From a bacterium (lineage in GTDB: Bacteria; SZUA-79; Acidulodesulfobacterales; Acidulodesulfobacteraceae), in the NCBI GenBank assembly GCA_021777135.1, contig JAJYDX010000002.1, positions 28,084-92,083 of the forward strand: a DNA stretch of 64,000 bases, written 5' to 3'. Positions 27,283-37,155 of the stretch are shown one piece after another. Under the pieces are notes generated by a model, which searched no databases, was not told the origin of the DNA, and worked only from the letters and a program-made list of their open reading frames with translations. The first letter of the stretch is position 1. The number at the start of each line of letters is the position of its first letter. The translations under genes were made by a program, and so were the position numbers.

Positions 27283-28158
27283 ATGTTTAAGGGAGTGTTT
27301 ACAGCTATCGTTACGCCTTTTAAAAACGGCAAAATAGACGAAAAAGCGCTTCGTAAATTAATAGAATTTCAAATAGAAAACGGAACCTCAGGAATCGTTG
27401 CATGCGGAAGCACCGGAGAATCCGCGACTTTGTCGTTCGAGGAACATATAGACGTTATAAGAATTACCGCTGAAACAGTTTCGGGCAGGATTAAAGTTAT
27501 TGCCGGCACCGGCTCTAACAATACGGTCGAAGCAGTCCATCTTGCGAAATCCGCCGAAAAATATAAAATAGACGGACATCTGCAGATTACCCCTTATTAT
27601 AACAAGCCTACGCAGGAAGGACTTTTTTTGCACTTTAAAACAGTTGCCGAAAACTGTTCCATGCCCGTAATACTCTATAACGTTCCGTCAAGGACAGCCG
27701 TTAATATTCTTCCCGAGACGGTGCTGAGGCTTGCCGAAATAGATAATATCGCCGGAATAAAAGAAGCAAGCGGCTCTTTGGACCAAATTACGGCTATTTT
27801 AAGAAAAGCAAATGAAAAATTCTGCGTTTTGTCAGGCGACGACGCTCTTACGCTTCCCCTAATCGCCGTCGGCGGACACGGCGTTATTTCCACTGTTTCA
27901 AACGTAGCGCCCAAAGATATGGCGCTTATGACAGATTATGCGTTAAGGGGAGATTTGAAATCAGCCAGAAAGCTTAATTTTAAGCTCCTTCCATTGATAC
28001 ACGCGATGTTTATAGAAACAAATCCTATTCCGGTAAAAAAAGCGCTGAATTTAATGGGTTTTATAGAAAATGAAATAAGGCTGCCTTTATCGGAAGCATC
28101 GGGCGTTAGCATATCCAAAATAAAAGCCGCCTTGAAAGATTGCGGAATATTACAATAA
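27283..28158 (+). CDS. dapA: 4-hydroxy-tetrahydrodipicolinate synthase
   Basis: The ORF opens at 27271, but the GGAG at 27273-27276 lies 6 nt before the ATG at 27283. That start gives the canonical N-terminus MFKGVFTAIVTPF. Downstream motifs are GSTGESATLS and the Schiff-base Lys region GIKEASG. Confidence 0.9.
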   Translation: MFKGVFTAIVTPFKNGKIDEKALRKLIEFQIENGTSGIVACGSTGESATLSFEEHIDVIRITAETVSGRIKVIAGTGSNNTVEAVHLAKSAEKYKIDGHLQITPYYNKPTQEGLFLHFKTVAENCSMPVILYNVPSRTAVNILPETVLRLAEIDNIAGIKEASGSLDQITAILRKANEKFCVLSGDDALTLPLIAVGGHGVISTVSNVAPKDMALMTDYALRGDLKSARKLNFKLLPLIHAMFIETNPIPVKKALNLMGFIENEIRLPLSEASGVSISKIKAALKDCGILQ

Positions 28159-28178
28159 AAACTATAAAATAAGTAATT

Positions 28179-29000
28179 ATGGAAAAAACAGGAATAATAG
28201 TGTGCGGCAGTAAGGGGAGGATGGGTTGCGCGATAATATCCGTTATTGACGGTTACGATAACCTGCTATTTATAGGCGGGGTCGATTCAAACCATACCCC
28301 TGAAGAATTATCCGAAATAGATTCTAAAAAACTTTCCGGCGGCAAATTTTTAACTTTAAAAGAAGCCCTTCATTTTACTGCCGCTATTAAAAATAAAGTA
28401 ATAATAGACTTTACTTCTAAAAGCGCTTCCTTGATACATATAGAAGAAGCGGCGCTTTATAACGTTCCTATAGTGATTGGTTCTACGGGGTTTTCCGAAG
28501 ACGAACTAAAAGCGGCGGAAGCTTACGGAAAGCATATTCCGGTTGTATTGTCCGGCAACATGAGTCTTGGAATTAACGTTTTGCTTAATATAATTTATGA
28601 CGCTTCCAAATATTTAGGTTCCGATTACGATTGCGAAATAATAGAAACGCATCATAATAAGAAAAAAGACGCTCCTAGCGGGACGGCTAAAATGCTTGCG
28701 CAATCCGTAGCTAATCAAAGGCATATAGACTTGGGCGAAAAAGCCGTTTATGGCAGGTGCGGAAATATTGGAGAAAGGGAAAAGGACGAAATAGGCATTT
28801 TCTCTGTCAGGGCGGGCGATATCATCGGCGAGCATAAAGTAATATTCGCAGGAAACGAAGAAATAATAGAAATTTCACATAAAGCCGTATCAAGAAATAA
28901 TTTTGCCAGAGGCGCGGTAAAAGCCGCCGTATGGCTGAGCGGTAAAAATAAAGGATTTTACGATATGAGGGATGTTCTGGGGTTAAACAAATATGAATAA
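28179..29000 (+). CDS. dapB: 4-hydroxy-tetrahydrodipicolinate reductase
   Basis: 273 aa. Motifs present are GSKGRMG (NAD(P) fold) and [18 protein letters not shown] (DapB signature). Confidence 0.92.
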   Translation: MEKTGIIVCGSKGRMGCAIISVIDGYDNLLFIGGVDSNHTPEELSEIDSKKLSGGKFLTLKEALHFTAAIKNKVIIDFTSKSASLIHIEEAALYNVPIVIGSTGFSEDELKAAEAYGKHIPVVLSGNMSLGINVLLNIIYDASKYLGSDYDCEIIETHHNKKKDAPSGTAKMLAQSVANQRHIDLGEKAVYGRCGNIGEREKDEIGIFSVRAGDIIGEHKVIFAGNEEIIEISHKAVSRNNFARGAVKAAVWLSGKNKGFYDMRDVLGLNKYE

Positions 29001-30738
29001 GACAAAGTATATTTTTATAACAGGCGGCGTCGTTTCAAGTCTTGGAAAGGGTATAGCGGCTTCTTCTATTGGCGCGTTGTTGGAAGCAAGGGGACTTAAC
29101 ATTACCATGCAGAAGCTCGACCCTTATATAAACGTTGACCCGGGAACAATGAACCCTTTTCAGCACGGGGAGGTTTTCGTTACCGACGACGGCGCGGAAA
29201 CAGATTTAGATCTCGGTCATTACGAAAGATTTACCTCGCTTTCGCTTACGAAAAAGAACAATTTAACAAGCGGTCAGGTTTACGACTCCGTTATTAATAA
29301 CGAAAGAAAAGGCGCTTACCTCGGGAAAACAGTTCAGGTAATACCACACATAACAGACGAGATAAAAAAGAAAATAATTGAAGCTTCCGAGGATAAGGAC
29401 GTAGCAATTATAGAAATAGGCGGAACCGTAGGCGACATAGAAAGCCTGCCTTTTCTAGAAGCCATAAGGCAGTTTAAATTAGACAAAGGAAAAGATAACG
29501 TTCTTTATATACATTTAACTTTAGTTCCTTTTATAAAAACCGCCGACGAGCTGAAAACCAAACCTACTCAGCACTCGGTAAAAGAACTTAGGGCAATAGG
29601 GATTGAGCCTTCTATTATAATATGCAGGGCTGACAGGGTACTGCCGCAGGATATAAGAGAAAAAATAGCACTTTTTTGCAACGTCGAAAAAAGCGGCGTC
29701 ATAACAGCCAAAGACGAAGAAAGCATTTATGATGTTCCTCTTTCCCTGCACGAAGAAAACCTTGATTCAAAGATTATAGAATATTTAAACATATGGGCAA
29801 AATCTCCGGATTTAAGCGAATGGACTAATATATCCCAGACGTTAAAAATGATGAAAAATTTAGTTACCATCGCGGTCGTAGGAAAATACGTCAATCTTAA
29901 GGAATCGTACAAAAGCCTAAACGAAAGCCTGATTCACGGAGGGCTTGCCAATAACGTAGGCGTTAACATAAAATACATTAATTCCGAAGATTTTGAAGCG
30001 GACGACTGGAGGGAGCGCCTTAAAGAATTGGAAGGCTGTTCGGGTATTTTAGTCCCTGGCGGATTCGGTTCACGCGGCATTAACGGCATGCTTAAAGCGA
30101 TTAGCTACTCGAGAACAAACGGCATCCCTTATTTCGGAATATGTTTGGGTATGCAGCTTATGACGGTAGAATATGCCAGAAATGTACTGGGCTTAAAAGA
30201 AGCTAATTCTTACGAGTTCGACGAGATTACGCCGGACCCCGTAATAAGCATTATGGACGACCAGAGAGACATAGGAAATCTGGGCGGAACAATGAGGCTT
30301 GGCGCATATCCATGCGTAATCTCAAAGAATACCCTTGCGTATCAAATATACTATAAAAATAGTAAAAAATATTCCGCCGACAAAAAGAACGGCATAAAAA
30401 TAAAGTCAGACGGAAATATTTCTATTAGCGAAAGGCACAGGCACAGATTTGAATTTAACAATAAATACAGGGATAAATTTAAAGCAGCCGGTTTTATTTT
30501 TTCGGGTTTGTCTCCCGACGGCAAGCTTATTGAAATTTGCGAACTCAAAGACCATCCATGGTATATAGGATGCCAGTTTCATCCTGAATTCAAATCAACC
30601 CCGCTGTATCCCCACCCGCTATTCAAGGAATTTATCGCGGCGTCAGTTAAATATTCTAATATTTCAGTTCCCGCGCAGTCTAAAGTTAAAGCTAAAAACA
30701 AGGTTAAATACAAAAAAAAGAAAACCGCCGCAGCATAG
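28993..30738 (+). CDS. pyrG: CTP synthase
   Basis: 581 aa. Motifs present are [17 protein letters not shown], the GATase site GICLGMQ, and [10 protein letters not shown]. An extra insertion of about 20 aa and a Lys-rich C-terminal tail lie within 30352-30735. The start overlaps the dapB end by 8 nt. Confidence 0.95.
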   Translation: MNKTKYIFITGGVVSSLGKGIAASSIGALLEARGLNITMQKLDPYINVDPGTMNPFQHGEVFVTDDGAETDLDLGHYERFTSLSLTKKNNLTSGQVYDSVINNERKGAYLGKTVQVIPHITDEIKKKIIEASEDKDVAIIEIGGTVGDIESLPFLEAIRQFKLDKGKDNVLYIHLTLVPFIKTADELKTKPTQHSVKELRAIGIEPSIIICRADRVLPQDIREKIALFCNVEKSGVITAKDEESIYDVPLSLHEENLDSKIIEYLNIWAKSPDLSEWTNISQTLKMMKNLVTIAVVGKYVNLKESYKSLNESLIHGGLANNVGVNIKYINSEDFEADDWRERLKELEGCSGILVPGGFGSRGINGMLKAISYSRTNGIPYFGICLGMQLMTVEYARNVLGLKEANSYEFDEITPDPVISIMDDQRDIGNLGGTMRLGAYPCVISKNTLAYQIYYKNSKKYSADKKNGIKIKSDGNISISERHRHRFEFNNKYRDKFKAAGFIFSGLSPDGKLIEICELKDHPWYIGCQFHPEFKSTPLYPHPLFKEFIAASVKYSNISVPAQSKVKAKNKVKYKKKKTAAA

Positions 30739-30756
30739 TTTATAAAGTAAAAAATA

Positions 30757-31614
30757 ATGGAAAAAATAAACGGTTTCAGAAAAGAAGATTTAGCGTCCGC
30801 GTTAAAATTTAAATTTGACAACGAATATCCTTTTGTTATCGCCGGACCATGCGTTATAGAAAGCGCCGCCGCCGCCGAAGATATAGCAAAAACGCTTAAA
30901 GAATACTCTGAAGAGCTTAGTTTTAACCTTATATTTAAAGCTTCCTACGACAAAGCCAACAGGACTTCTGTTAATTCTTTCAGGGGTCCGGGCATAGATA
31001 AAGGATTAGAAATATTAAACGGCATTAAGGCAAAATATAACATACCGGTATTAAGCGACGTGCATGGCGCCAACGAAATGGAAAAAGTAAAAGCCGTTTT
31101 AGACGTTATACAGATACCGGCTTTTTTATGCCGTCAAACAGATATGCTTTTAGAGGCGGCAAAAACCGGAAAGGTAGTGAACGTTAAAAAGGGTCAGTTT
31201 CTTGCTCCATGGGACACAAAATTTATCGCGGAAAAAATCAGGTCTGCCGGAAACAATAAAATTATATTAACCGAAAGAGGCGCAAGCTTTGGCTATAATA
31301 ATCTTGTAACCGATTTCAGGGCTCTTCCGATAATGAAAGAAACGGGCGCCCTCGTTGTTTTCGACGCCACCCACAGCGTCCAGATTCCCGGCGGTTCAGG
31401 TTCTGTTTCATCTGGAAACAGGGAATACGTTATGCCGCTTGCCAGAGCGGCGGCAGCGGTAGGAACCGACGGCTTATTTTTCGAGGTTCACCCCAATCCT
31501 CCGCAAGCCTTGAGCGACTCCGCAAATTCAGTCTATTTAAATTCGTTCAAAGATAATTTAAAAAATATTTTAGAGATATCGAAATATAGCAAGGAAATAG
31601 ATGTTAAAGAATAA
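30757..31614 (+). CDS. kdsA: 3-deoxy-8-phosphooctulonate (Kdo8P) synthase
   Basis: 285 aa. Motifs present are FKASYDKANRTS, QIPAFLCRQTD and FDATHSVQ. Confidence 0.93.
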   Translation: MEKINGFRKEDLASALKFKFDNEYPFVIAGPCVIESAAAAEDIAKTLKEYSEELSFNLIFKASYDKANRTSVNSFRGPGIDKGLEILNGIKAKYNIPVLSDVHGANEMEKVKAVLDVIQIPAFLCRQTDMLLEAAKTGKVVNVKKGQFLAPWDTKFIAEKIRSAGNNKIILTERGASFGYNNLVTDFRALPIMKETGALVVFDATHSVQIPGGSGSVSSGNREYVMPLARAAAAVGTDGLFFEVHPNPPQALSDSANSVYLNSFKDNLKNILEISKYSKEIDVKE

Positions 31615-31616
31615 AT

Positions 31617-32591
31617 ATGAAAAAACATAATATATTGGAAACAGCCGAAAATGTATTAAGAATAGAAGCGGATTCTATATCCGCGCTTATTAACAGGCTG
31701 GACGAAAATTTTGAAAAAACTGTCGCCTGCCTTATCGGGATTAAAGGCAAGGTAATATTAACCGGAATGGGGAAATCCGGAATTATCGCAAGAAAAATAT
31801 CTTCCACGCTCGCTAGTACCGGTACGCCGTCTTTTTTTATGCATCCGGCTGAGGCATCACACGGCGATTTAGGGGTTATATCTCCCGAAGATGCCGTAAT
31901 AGTGCTTTCCAACAGCGGCAATACTAAAGAAATAGTTTCAATACTGCCCGCAATAAAACTAATAGGAGCTAAAATAATAGGATTTTCAGGAAACAAGAAC
32001 TCCCAGCTTGCTATGCTTTCGGATTATTTTTTCGACGTATCGGTCGCTCAGGAAGCATGCCCTTATAATATTGCTCCTACCGCCAGCACCACCGTCCAGC
32101 TTGCGATAGGCGACGCCCTCGCGGTTTGCTTACTGAAAGAGCGGAATTTTTTAGAAGAGGATTTCGCGAAACTTCATCCCGGCGGTTCGATAGGTAAAAA
32201 ATTTTTGAAAGTAGCCGATATAATGCACAAAGGGGAAGAAGTACCATTAGTAAAAGATTCCGCTTTGCTAAAAGACGCAATTATAGAAATGAATTTTAAA
32301 AGACTTGGGCTTACCGGTGTCGTAGATGAAAATATGAATCTTTGCGGCATAGTAGTGGACGGCGATTTAAGAAGGGCGCTGACCTACTCGTTAAACATAA
32401 TAGACAAGCCGGTCAGCGAAGTGATGACAAAAAATCCTAAAATTATTCTTAAAGACGCTCTTGCCGCGGTAGCCCTTCAAAAAATGGAAGAATTAAAAAT
32501 TACTTCGCTTTTTGCGGTAGAATCGGAAAACGACAACAGGCCCGCAGGGGTTATACACATACACGACATAGTGAAAGCCGGAATAATCTGA
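31617..32591 (+). CDS. kdsD: arabinose-5-phosphate isomerase (SIS domain plus CBS pair)
   Basis: 324 aa. The SIS motif is GMGKSGIIARKISSTLASTGTPSFF, followed by two C-terminal CBS modules. Confidence 0.9.
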   Translation: MKKHNILETAENVLRIEADSISALINRLDENFEKTVACLIGIKGKVILTGMGKSGIIARKISSTLASTGTPSFFMHPAEASHGDLGVISPEDAVIVLSNSGNTKEIVSILPAIKLIGAKIIGFSGNKNSQLAMLSDYFFDVSVAQEACPYNIAPTASTTVQLAIGDALAVCLLKERNFLEEDFAKLHPGGSIGKKFLKVADIMHKGEEVPLVKDSALLKDAIIEMNFKRLGLTGVVDENMNLCGIVVDGDLRRALTYSLNIIDKPVSEVMTKNPKIILKDALAAVALQKMEELKITSLFAVESENDNRPAGVIHIHDIVKAGII

Positions 32592-32601
32592 AATTAAATT
32601 T

Positions 32602-33123
32602 ATGAATTTATCCAAAAAACTCGATTTTAAAGATATAGAAATTTTAGTTTTCGACGTTGACGGAATATTAACTGACGGTAAAATATATTTATCCGAAAAC
32701 GGTATAGAAACAAAGACGTTTTTCGCGCATGACGGGGCGGGTATGAAACTTGCCAAAAAATTCGGGCTTAAGACGGGCATGATTTCCGCAAGAACTAGCA
32801 ACGCCGCTTCCATCAGGTCAAAAGAGTTAGGCGTCGATTTTTATATAGAAGGATGCAAGGATAAATATAATGCTTTAAAGCCTATATTGGAAAAACATAA
32901 AATAGGCGTTAAAAATTTATTTTATATGGGAGACGATATAGTAGATATCGAACTCTTGAAAGTCGCGGCTATCTCCGCCACGGTTCCTAACGCGCCTGAA
33001 TACGTCAAGGTATGCGCGGATATCGTAACCAGTAAAACCGGCGGATGCGGCGCGGTAAGGGAAGTTTGCGATATAATTCTACAGGAAAAGGGATTCCTTA
33101 CAAATTTTTTAAACAAATTATAA
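32602..33123 (+). CDS. kdsC: Kdo8P phosphatase (HAD superfamily)
   Basis: 173 aa. The HAD motif I is VFDVDGILTDG and the sequence is YrbI-like (DGAGMKL, YMGDDIVD). Confidence 0.88.
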   Translation: MNLSKKLDFKDIEILVFDVDGILTDGKIYLSENGIETKTFFAHDGAGMKLAKKFGLKTGMISARTSNAASIRSKELGVDFYIEGCKDKYNALKPILEKHKIGVKNLFYMGDDIVDIELLKVAAISATVPNAPEYVKVCADIVTSKTGGCGAVREVCDIILQEKGFLTNFLNKL

Positions 33124-33126
33124 ATT

Positions 33127-33708
33127 ATGCCGCTCGATCGTAAAATTTTAAGAAGAACGGCGCTGGTTTTAGGCATAGTTTTTCTTTCAGTTCTTGCTTT
33201 TTTTTTGTTCCTTCATTATTTGCATAACAATAAAGGGCTGTTGAGTTTTAAAATATCCAAAGGGTATATAAGCCTTAAAAAGATAGATTATAAGTATTTT
33301 AAAAAAGGAATGCTTGCCTATGAAATCTTTGCCGGCAGTTTAAATTACCGCTCTCAAAAAAAGAATATTATCAGGTTAAACGGGGTTAAAGTTTATATTT
33401 ACGGAAAAAATAAAAAACCGGCATTTATTATTACCGGAAAATCCGGAAGATTAAATTCGGTTTCAAAAAACGTGATAATTTCGGGCGGCGTCATAATAAA
33501 AAGCGTCAGGGGAGCTTCAATGAAAACCCCTATAATTTACTATTTTGCGAAGGACGATAAAATCGTTGCTCCAGATTATATGAAAATTAAAGGTAAAAAT
33601 TATTTTATTTCGGGAAGCGGACTCGTTTTTTACATTAAAAAAAATATTTTTATCCTGCAAAAAGACGTTCATTTTGTATCTAATAATGTTAAAGAGGTGA
33701 CTAAGTGA
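33127..33708 (+). CDS. lptC: LPS export system protein LptC
   Basis: 193 aa with a single N-terminal TM anchor followed by a beta-jellyroll-like sequence. Its position between kdsC and lptA matches the conserved locus. Confidence 0.7.
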   Translation: MPLDRKILRRTALVLGIVFLSVLAFFLFLHYLHNNKGLLSFKISKGYISLKKIDYKYFKKGMLAYEIFAGSLNYRSQKKNIIRLNGVKVYIYGKNKKPAFIITGKSGRLNSVSKNVIISGGVIIKSVRGASMKTPIIYYFAKDDKIVAPDYMKIKGKNYFISGSGLVFYIKKNIFILQKDVHFVSNNVKEVTK

Positions 33709-34214
33709 GAATAAAATATTTTTTAATTGCCGCAGTTTTATTATGTTTCTTTTCTTTATTTCAGGGCATGGGTTATTGCGCTATTACGACCCAATCCAAA
33801 ACAGATATTACCTCCGACTCTTTAATGGTAAACAATAAAAAAAATATCGCCGTATTTAAGGGGCATGTAGTCGCCATAAAAGGCAGCCTGAAAATTTTAT
33901 CGTCGGTGCTGAACGTCATATACACAAAAAAAAATAAAATAAAAATGCTTGTCGCTACCGGAAACGTTCATATAATTAAAGGAAAGGATAATATTACGGG
34001 CGGAAAGGCGGTTTACTACAATAAAAGAAAGATTGCGGTGATAACTATAAATCCAATAGCTTACGAAGGTAAAAATAAAATAGCCGGAAAAGAAATAATG
34101 ATTAATTTTAAGACTGGGATATCTACGGTCATAGGCGGCAAAAAAAGGGTCGATGCCGTGGTCTATTCCAATAAATCCTTAACCGTTAAAAAATCTCCGG
34201 TTAAAAAAAAATAA
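33705..34214 (+). CDS. lptA: LPS transport periplasmic protein LptA (OstA N-terminal-like)
   Basis: 169 aa with a signal peptide. The OstA-like sequence ITSDSLMVNNKKNIAVFKGHV...ATGNVHI is present. There is a 4-nt overlap with lptC, and the gene lies upstream of lptB. Confidence 0.75.
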   Translation: MRIKYFLIAAVLLCFFSLFQGMGYCAITTQSKTDITSDSLMVNNKKNIAVFKGHVVAIKGSLKILSSVLNVIYTKKNKIKMLVATGNVHIIKGKDNITGGKAVYYNKRKIAVITINPIAYEGKNKIAGKEIMINFKTGISTVIGGKKRVDAVVYSNKSLTVKKSPVKKK

Positions 34215-34227
34215 ATAAATAAAAAAA

Positions 34228-34950
34228 ATGATAAAAGCGCTAGACTTGGTAAAAAGATTCAAGAAAAGGGCAGTCGTAAACGGGGTTTCGCTTGAGATTA
34301 AGCCCGGCGAAATAACGGGTCTTCTTGGACCTAACGGCGCGGGTAAAACCACTACTTTTAATATGATTTCCGGTATGTTGAAGCCTGACGGAGGCTCTAT
34401 ATTTTTAGACGATGCCGAAATTACCGGATTGCCGATGTATAAAAGGGCAAGGCTCGGCATAGGTTATCTTCCTCAGGAAACTTCGGTATTTAGAAAACTT
34501 ACTACGGAAGAAAATCTTACGGCAATTTTCGAATTATTAAAAATACCTGCCAAGGAAAAAAATTTGAGGCTCGACGAACTAGTAGAAAAGTTTGGACTTG
34601 GAAAAGTCAGGAAATCGCCGGTTATGAGTTTATCGGGAGGAGAAAGAAGGAGAGTAGAGGTGGCAAGGTCGCTAATACTTTCTCCAAAGTTCATTTTGCT
34701 CGACGAGCCGTTTTCGGGAATAGACCCTATAGCCGTGGAAGATATGCAGGATATCCTTACCGGCTTAAAAAACGATTCCATAGGAATCCTCATAACCGAC
34801 CATAACGTAAGAGAAGCTTTAAGGATATGCAACAGCGCCTATATAATTAACGACGGAAAGATTATAGAAAAAGGCGTTCCTTCCCACATTATTTCCAGTT
34901 CCATCGTAAAAAGATTTTTCTTAGGAGAAAAGTTTAATTTGGGTATCTGA
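34228..34950 (+). CDS. lptB: LPS export ABC transporter ATP-binding protein LptB
   Basis: 240 aa. Walker A is GPNGAGKTT, the signature is LSGGERRRVEVAR, Walker B is ILLDEPFSGIDP, and the LptB-type C-terminus is present. Confidence 0.93.
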   Translation: MIKALDLVKRFKKRAVVNGVSLEIKPGEITGLLGPNGAGKTTTFNMISGMLKPDGGSIFLDDAEITGLPMYKRARLGIGYLPQETSVFRKLTTEENLTAIFELLKIPAKEKNLRLDELVEKFGLGKVRKSPVMSLSGGERRRVEVARSLILSPKFILLDEPFSGIDPIAVEDMQDILTGLKNDSIGILITDHNVREALRICNSAYIINDGKIIEKGVPSHIISSSIVKRFFLGEKFNLGI

Positions 34951-35020
34951 GCCGAATGTTATATAATAATATTTAGTATATAACAATTTTTTAGTTTATT
35001 TTTTTTTGCGGAGTTTTAGT

Positions 35021-36508
35021 ATGACCGGCATGGAATTAAGGCAAAATCTTAAGCTTTCCCAACAGTTGGTGATGACGCCGCGGCTGCAGCTTGCCATCAA
35101 GATGCTGGCGTTAAACAATATCGAGCTTTCCGATATGATAAAGCAGGAAATATTGGAAAATCCGATATTGGATGCCGAAACTACAGGGGTAAAAAGCGAA
35201 GAAGATGCCGGAATTGAAAATCTTAAAGCTTCCGGCGAAGAAACATCAGATAACGGGGCGCTTCCAGCTTATGAAGCCGAAGACGGCTTTAATGAAATTG
35301 CCCAATATTTAGTCAACTACAACGAGCAGTTTGTAGATTTGTCAAAAGACGGAGGCAGTTACGGCGGAGCAGATAAAAATTATTTAGAATATAAGCTGGA
35401 AAACAGTTTTTACAGCGGCGAAACCCTTTACGAACACATAATGGAACAGGTTAGGACGGGAGACTTTTCCGGCGAAGAGATTTCGCTTGCCGCGTATATC
35501 GCAGGCAATTTAAACACGAAAGGACTGCTTGCCGTTTCAAAACAGGATCTGGAAGATTTTGCGGCAAATATTGGAGTAAAAAATAACGTCAAACAGTTAG
35601 TCGAAAAAACCCTATATAAAATAAACAGGCTTGAACCGGTAGGGTTAGCCGCTGAAAATATATTGTCGAGCCTTATGATTCAGGCGGATTATTACTTCGG
35701 TAAAGACGTTCTGCTTAAAAAAATAATAGAAAAATATTTAAAAGAAATAGCAAGCAAAAATTATCAAAAAATATGCAAAGAAACAGGGAAAAATATCGAC
35801 GAAGTTTTGAGCTCCATAGAAAATTTAAAAAAACTTACGCCAAACCCTGCGGCTAATTTTAGCAGGGACGAACCGCGTTATATAGTCCCCGACCTTTTTT
35901 TAAAAATACAGGACGGGCGCTACGTGGTGTTTATGGACGATAATTCTGTTCCCCAGATTAAAATTAACGCTTATTATAAGAAAATTCTTAGCGGCGAGAT
36001 TGAAGCGTCAAGCGATATGAAAAATTATGCCGAGGAAAGATTTAAGTCGGCTTTATGGCTTATGAAAAGCATAGACACAAGAAAGGAAACTATTTTAAAC
36101 ATAGCGCAAAAAATAGTAGATAAGCAAACGGAATATTTCAGCAAGGGCGCGGGCAGTTTAAAACCATTAATTTTAAAAGACATAGCGGGCGAGTTGAATA
36201 TTCATGAATCTACGGTATCAAGAGCTACCGCCAATAAATATTTAAGCACGCATATCGGAGTTTTTGAGCTTAAGGATTTTTTTACCGGAGCCTCTTACGG
36301 GGAATCTTCTTCGGAAAATGTTATGACCAGAATAAAGGCTATCGTAGATTCCGAAAATTCCGCCGGCAGAATTTTTAAGGACAACGAGATAGCCGAAATA
36401 CTAAAAAAACAAGGAATAGAAATAGCCAGAAGAACTATCGCCAAGTATAGGGAAATTATGAATATACCGCCGTCGAATATTAGAAATAATAAATTAAAGC
36501 TTATTTAA
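35021..36508 (+). CDS. rpoN: RNA polymerase sigma-54 factor
   Basis: Region I is LKLSQQLVMTPRLQLAIKML and the C-terminal RpoN box is ARRTIAKYRE. The track's TTG at 35006 overlaps the GGAG SD (35010-35013). The ATG at 35021, 7 nt after the SD, is the likelier start. Confidence 0.93.
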   Translation: MTGMELRQNLKLSQQLVMTPRLQLAIKMLALNNIELSDMIKQEILENPILDAETTGVKSEEDAGIENLKASGEETSDNGALPAYEAEDGFNEIAQYLVNYNEQFVDLSKDGGSYGGADKNYLEYKLENSFYSGETLYEHIMEQVRTGDFSGEEISLAAYIAGNLNTKGLLAVSKQDLEDFAANIGVKNNVKQLVEKTLYKINRLEPVGLAAENILSSLMIQADYYFGKDVLLKKIIEKYLKEIASKNYQKICKETGKNIDEVLSSIENLKKLTPNPAANFSRDEPRYIVPDLFLKIQDGRYVVFMDDNSVPQIKINAYYKKILSGEIEASSDMKNYAEERFKSALWLMKSIDTRKETILNIAQKIVDKQTEYFSKGAGSLKPLILKDIAGELNIHESTVSRATANKYLSTHIGVFELKDFFTGASYGESSSENVMTRIKAIVDSENSAGRIFKDNEIAEILKKQGIEIARRTIAKYREIMNIPPSNIRNNKLKLI

Positions 36509-36573
36509 AATAGTAATATTATTATATATTAAACAAATTTAATGGTTTAATTAACTAAAAGGAGAATTAAGAG

Positions 36574-37098
36574 ATGAACATTGCGGTCACTTTTAAGCAT
36601 ATCGATTCGAGCGACGCGATAAAACAATATGCCGAATCTAAAGTTTCGAAACTGGACAAGTATTTAAATAATATTCTTGAGGCGCACGTTACTTTAAGCA
36701 TAGAGCGCGTGGACCATAAAGAATCTGGTATAGCGCAGATTAAGCTTTCGGCAAAAAATCTTATCGTTAACGCGGAGGAAAAGTCTTCTGATATATACAG
36801 CGCCATAGACCTCTTATTGGAAAAAGTAGAAGCGCAGATTAAAAAACATAAAGAAAAAATGAGAAGAAAAGAACATGCAGAGGAAGGCATTGGGATATCG
36901 GATGCGGATGAGGAGATTGCTAATTTAGAAGTTAAGGACGATTACGAGAGACAGCCGTTGGACGTCAAAGAAGCCGTGCGCAAGCTTGAGAAAAGGAATA
37001 AAGACTTTATAATTTTTAAAGACAAAGAATCTTCTAAAATATCTTTTATTTTTAGAGGTGATGACGGGGGGCTCTCGTTAATTACGCCGGAATTATAA
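36574..37098 (+). CDS. hpf: ribosome hibernation promoting factor, long form
   Basis: 174 aa. The N-terminal S30AE/YfiA domain is present (MNIAVTFKHIDSSDAIKQYAESKVSKLDKY). A C-terminal dimerisation domain follows (DVKEAVRKLEKRNKDFIIFKDKES..ISFIFRGDDGGLSLI). Position directly after rpoN. Confidence 0.88.
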   Translation: MNIAVTFKHIDSSDAIKQYAESKVSKLDKYLNNILEAHVTLSIERVDHKESGIAQIKLSAKNLIVNAEEKSSDIYSAIDLLLEKVEAQIKKHKEKMRRKEHAEEGIGISDADEEIANLEVKDDYERQPLDVKEAVRKLEKRNKDFIIFKDKESSKISFIFRGDDGGLSLITPEL

Positions 37099-37155
37099 CC
37101 GTTCTTTGTAAAGATTGATTGCGGTGTGGCGCTTTAATAGCGGAGCGGCGTTAAA

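Noticed and set aside
35006-35020. TTG start (35006) for rpoN
   Set aside because: The GGAG at 35010-35013 lies inside the proposed first codons. The ATG at 35021 follows it by 7 nt.
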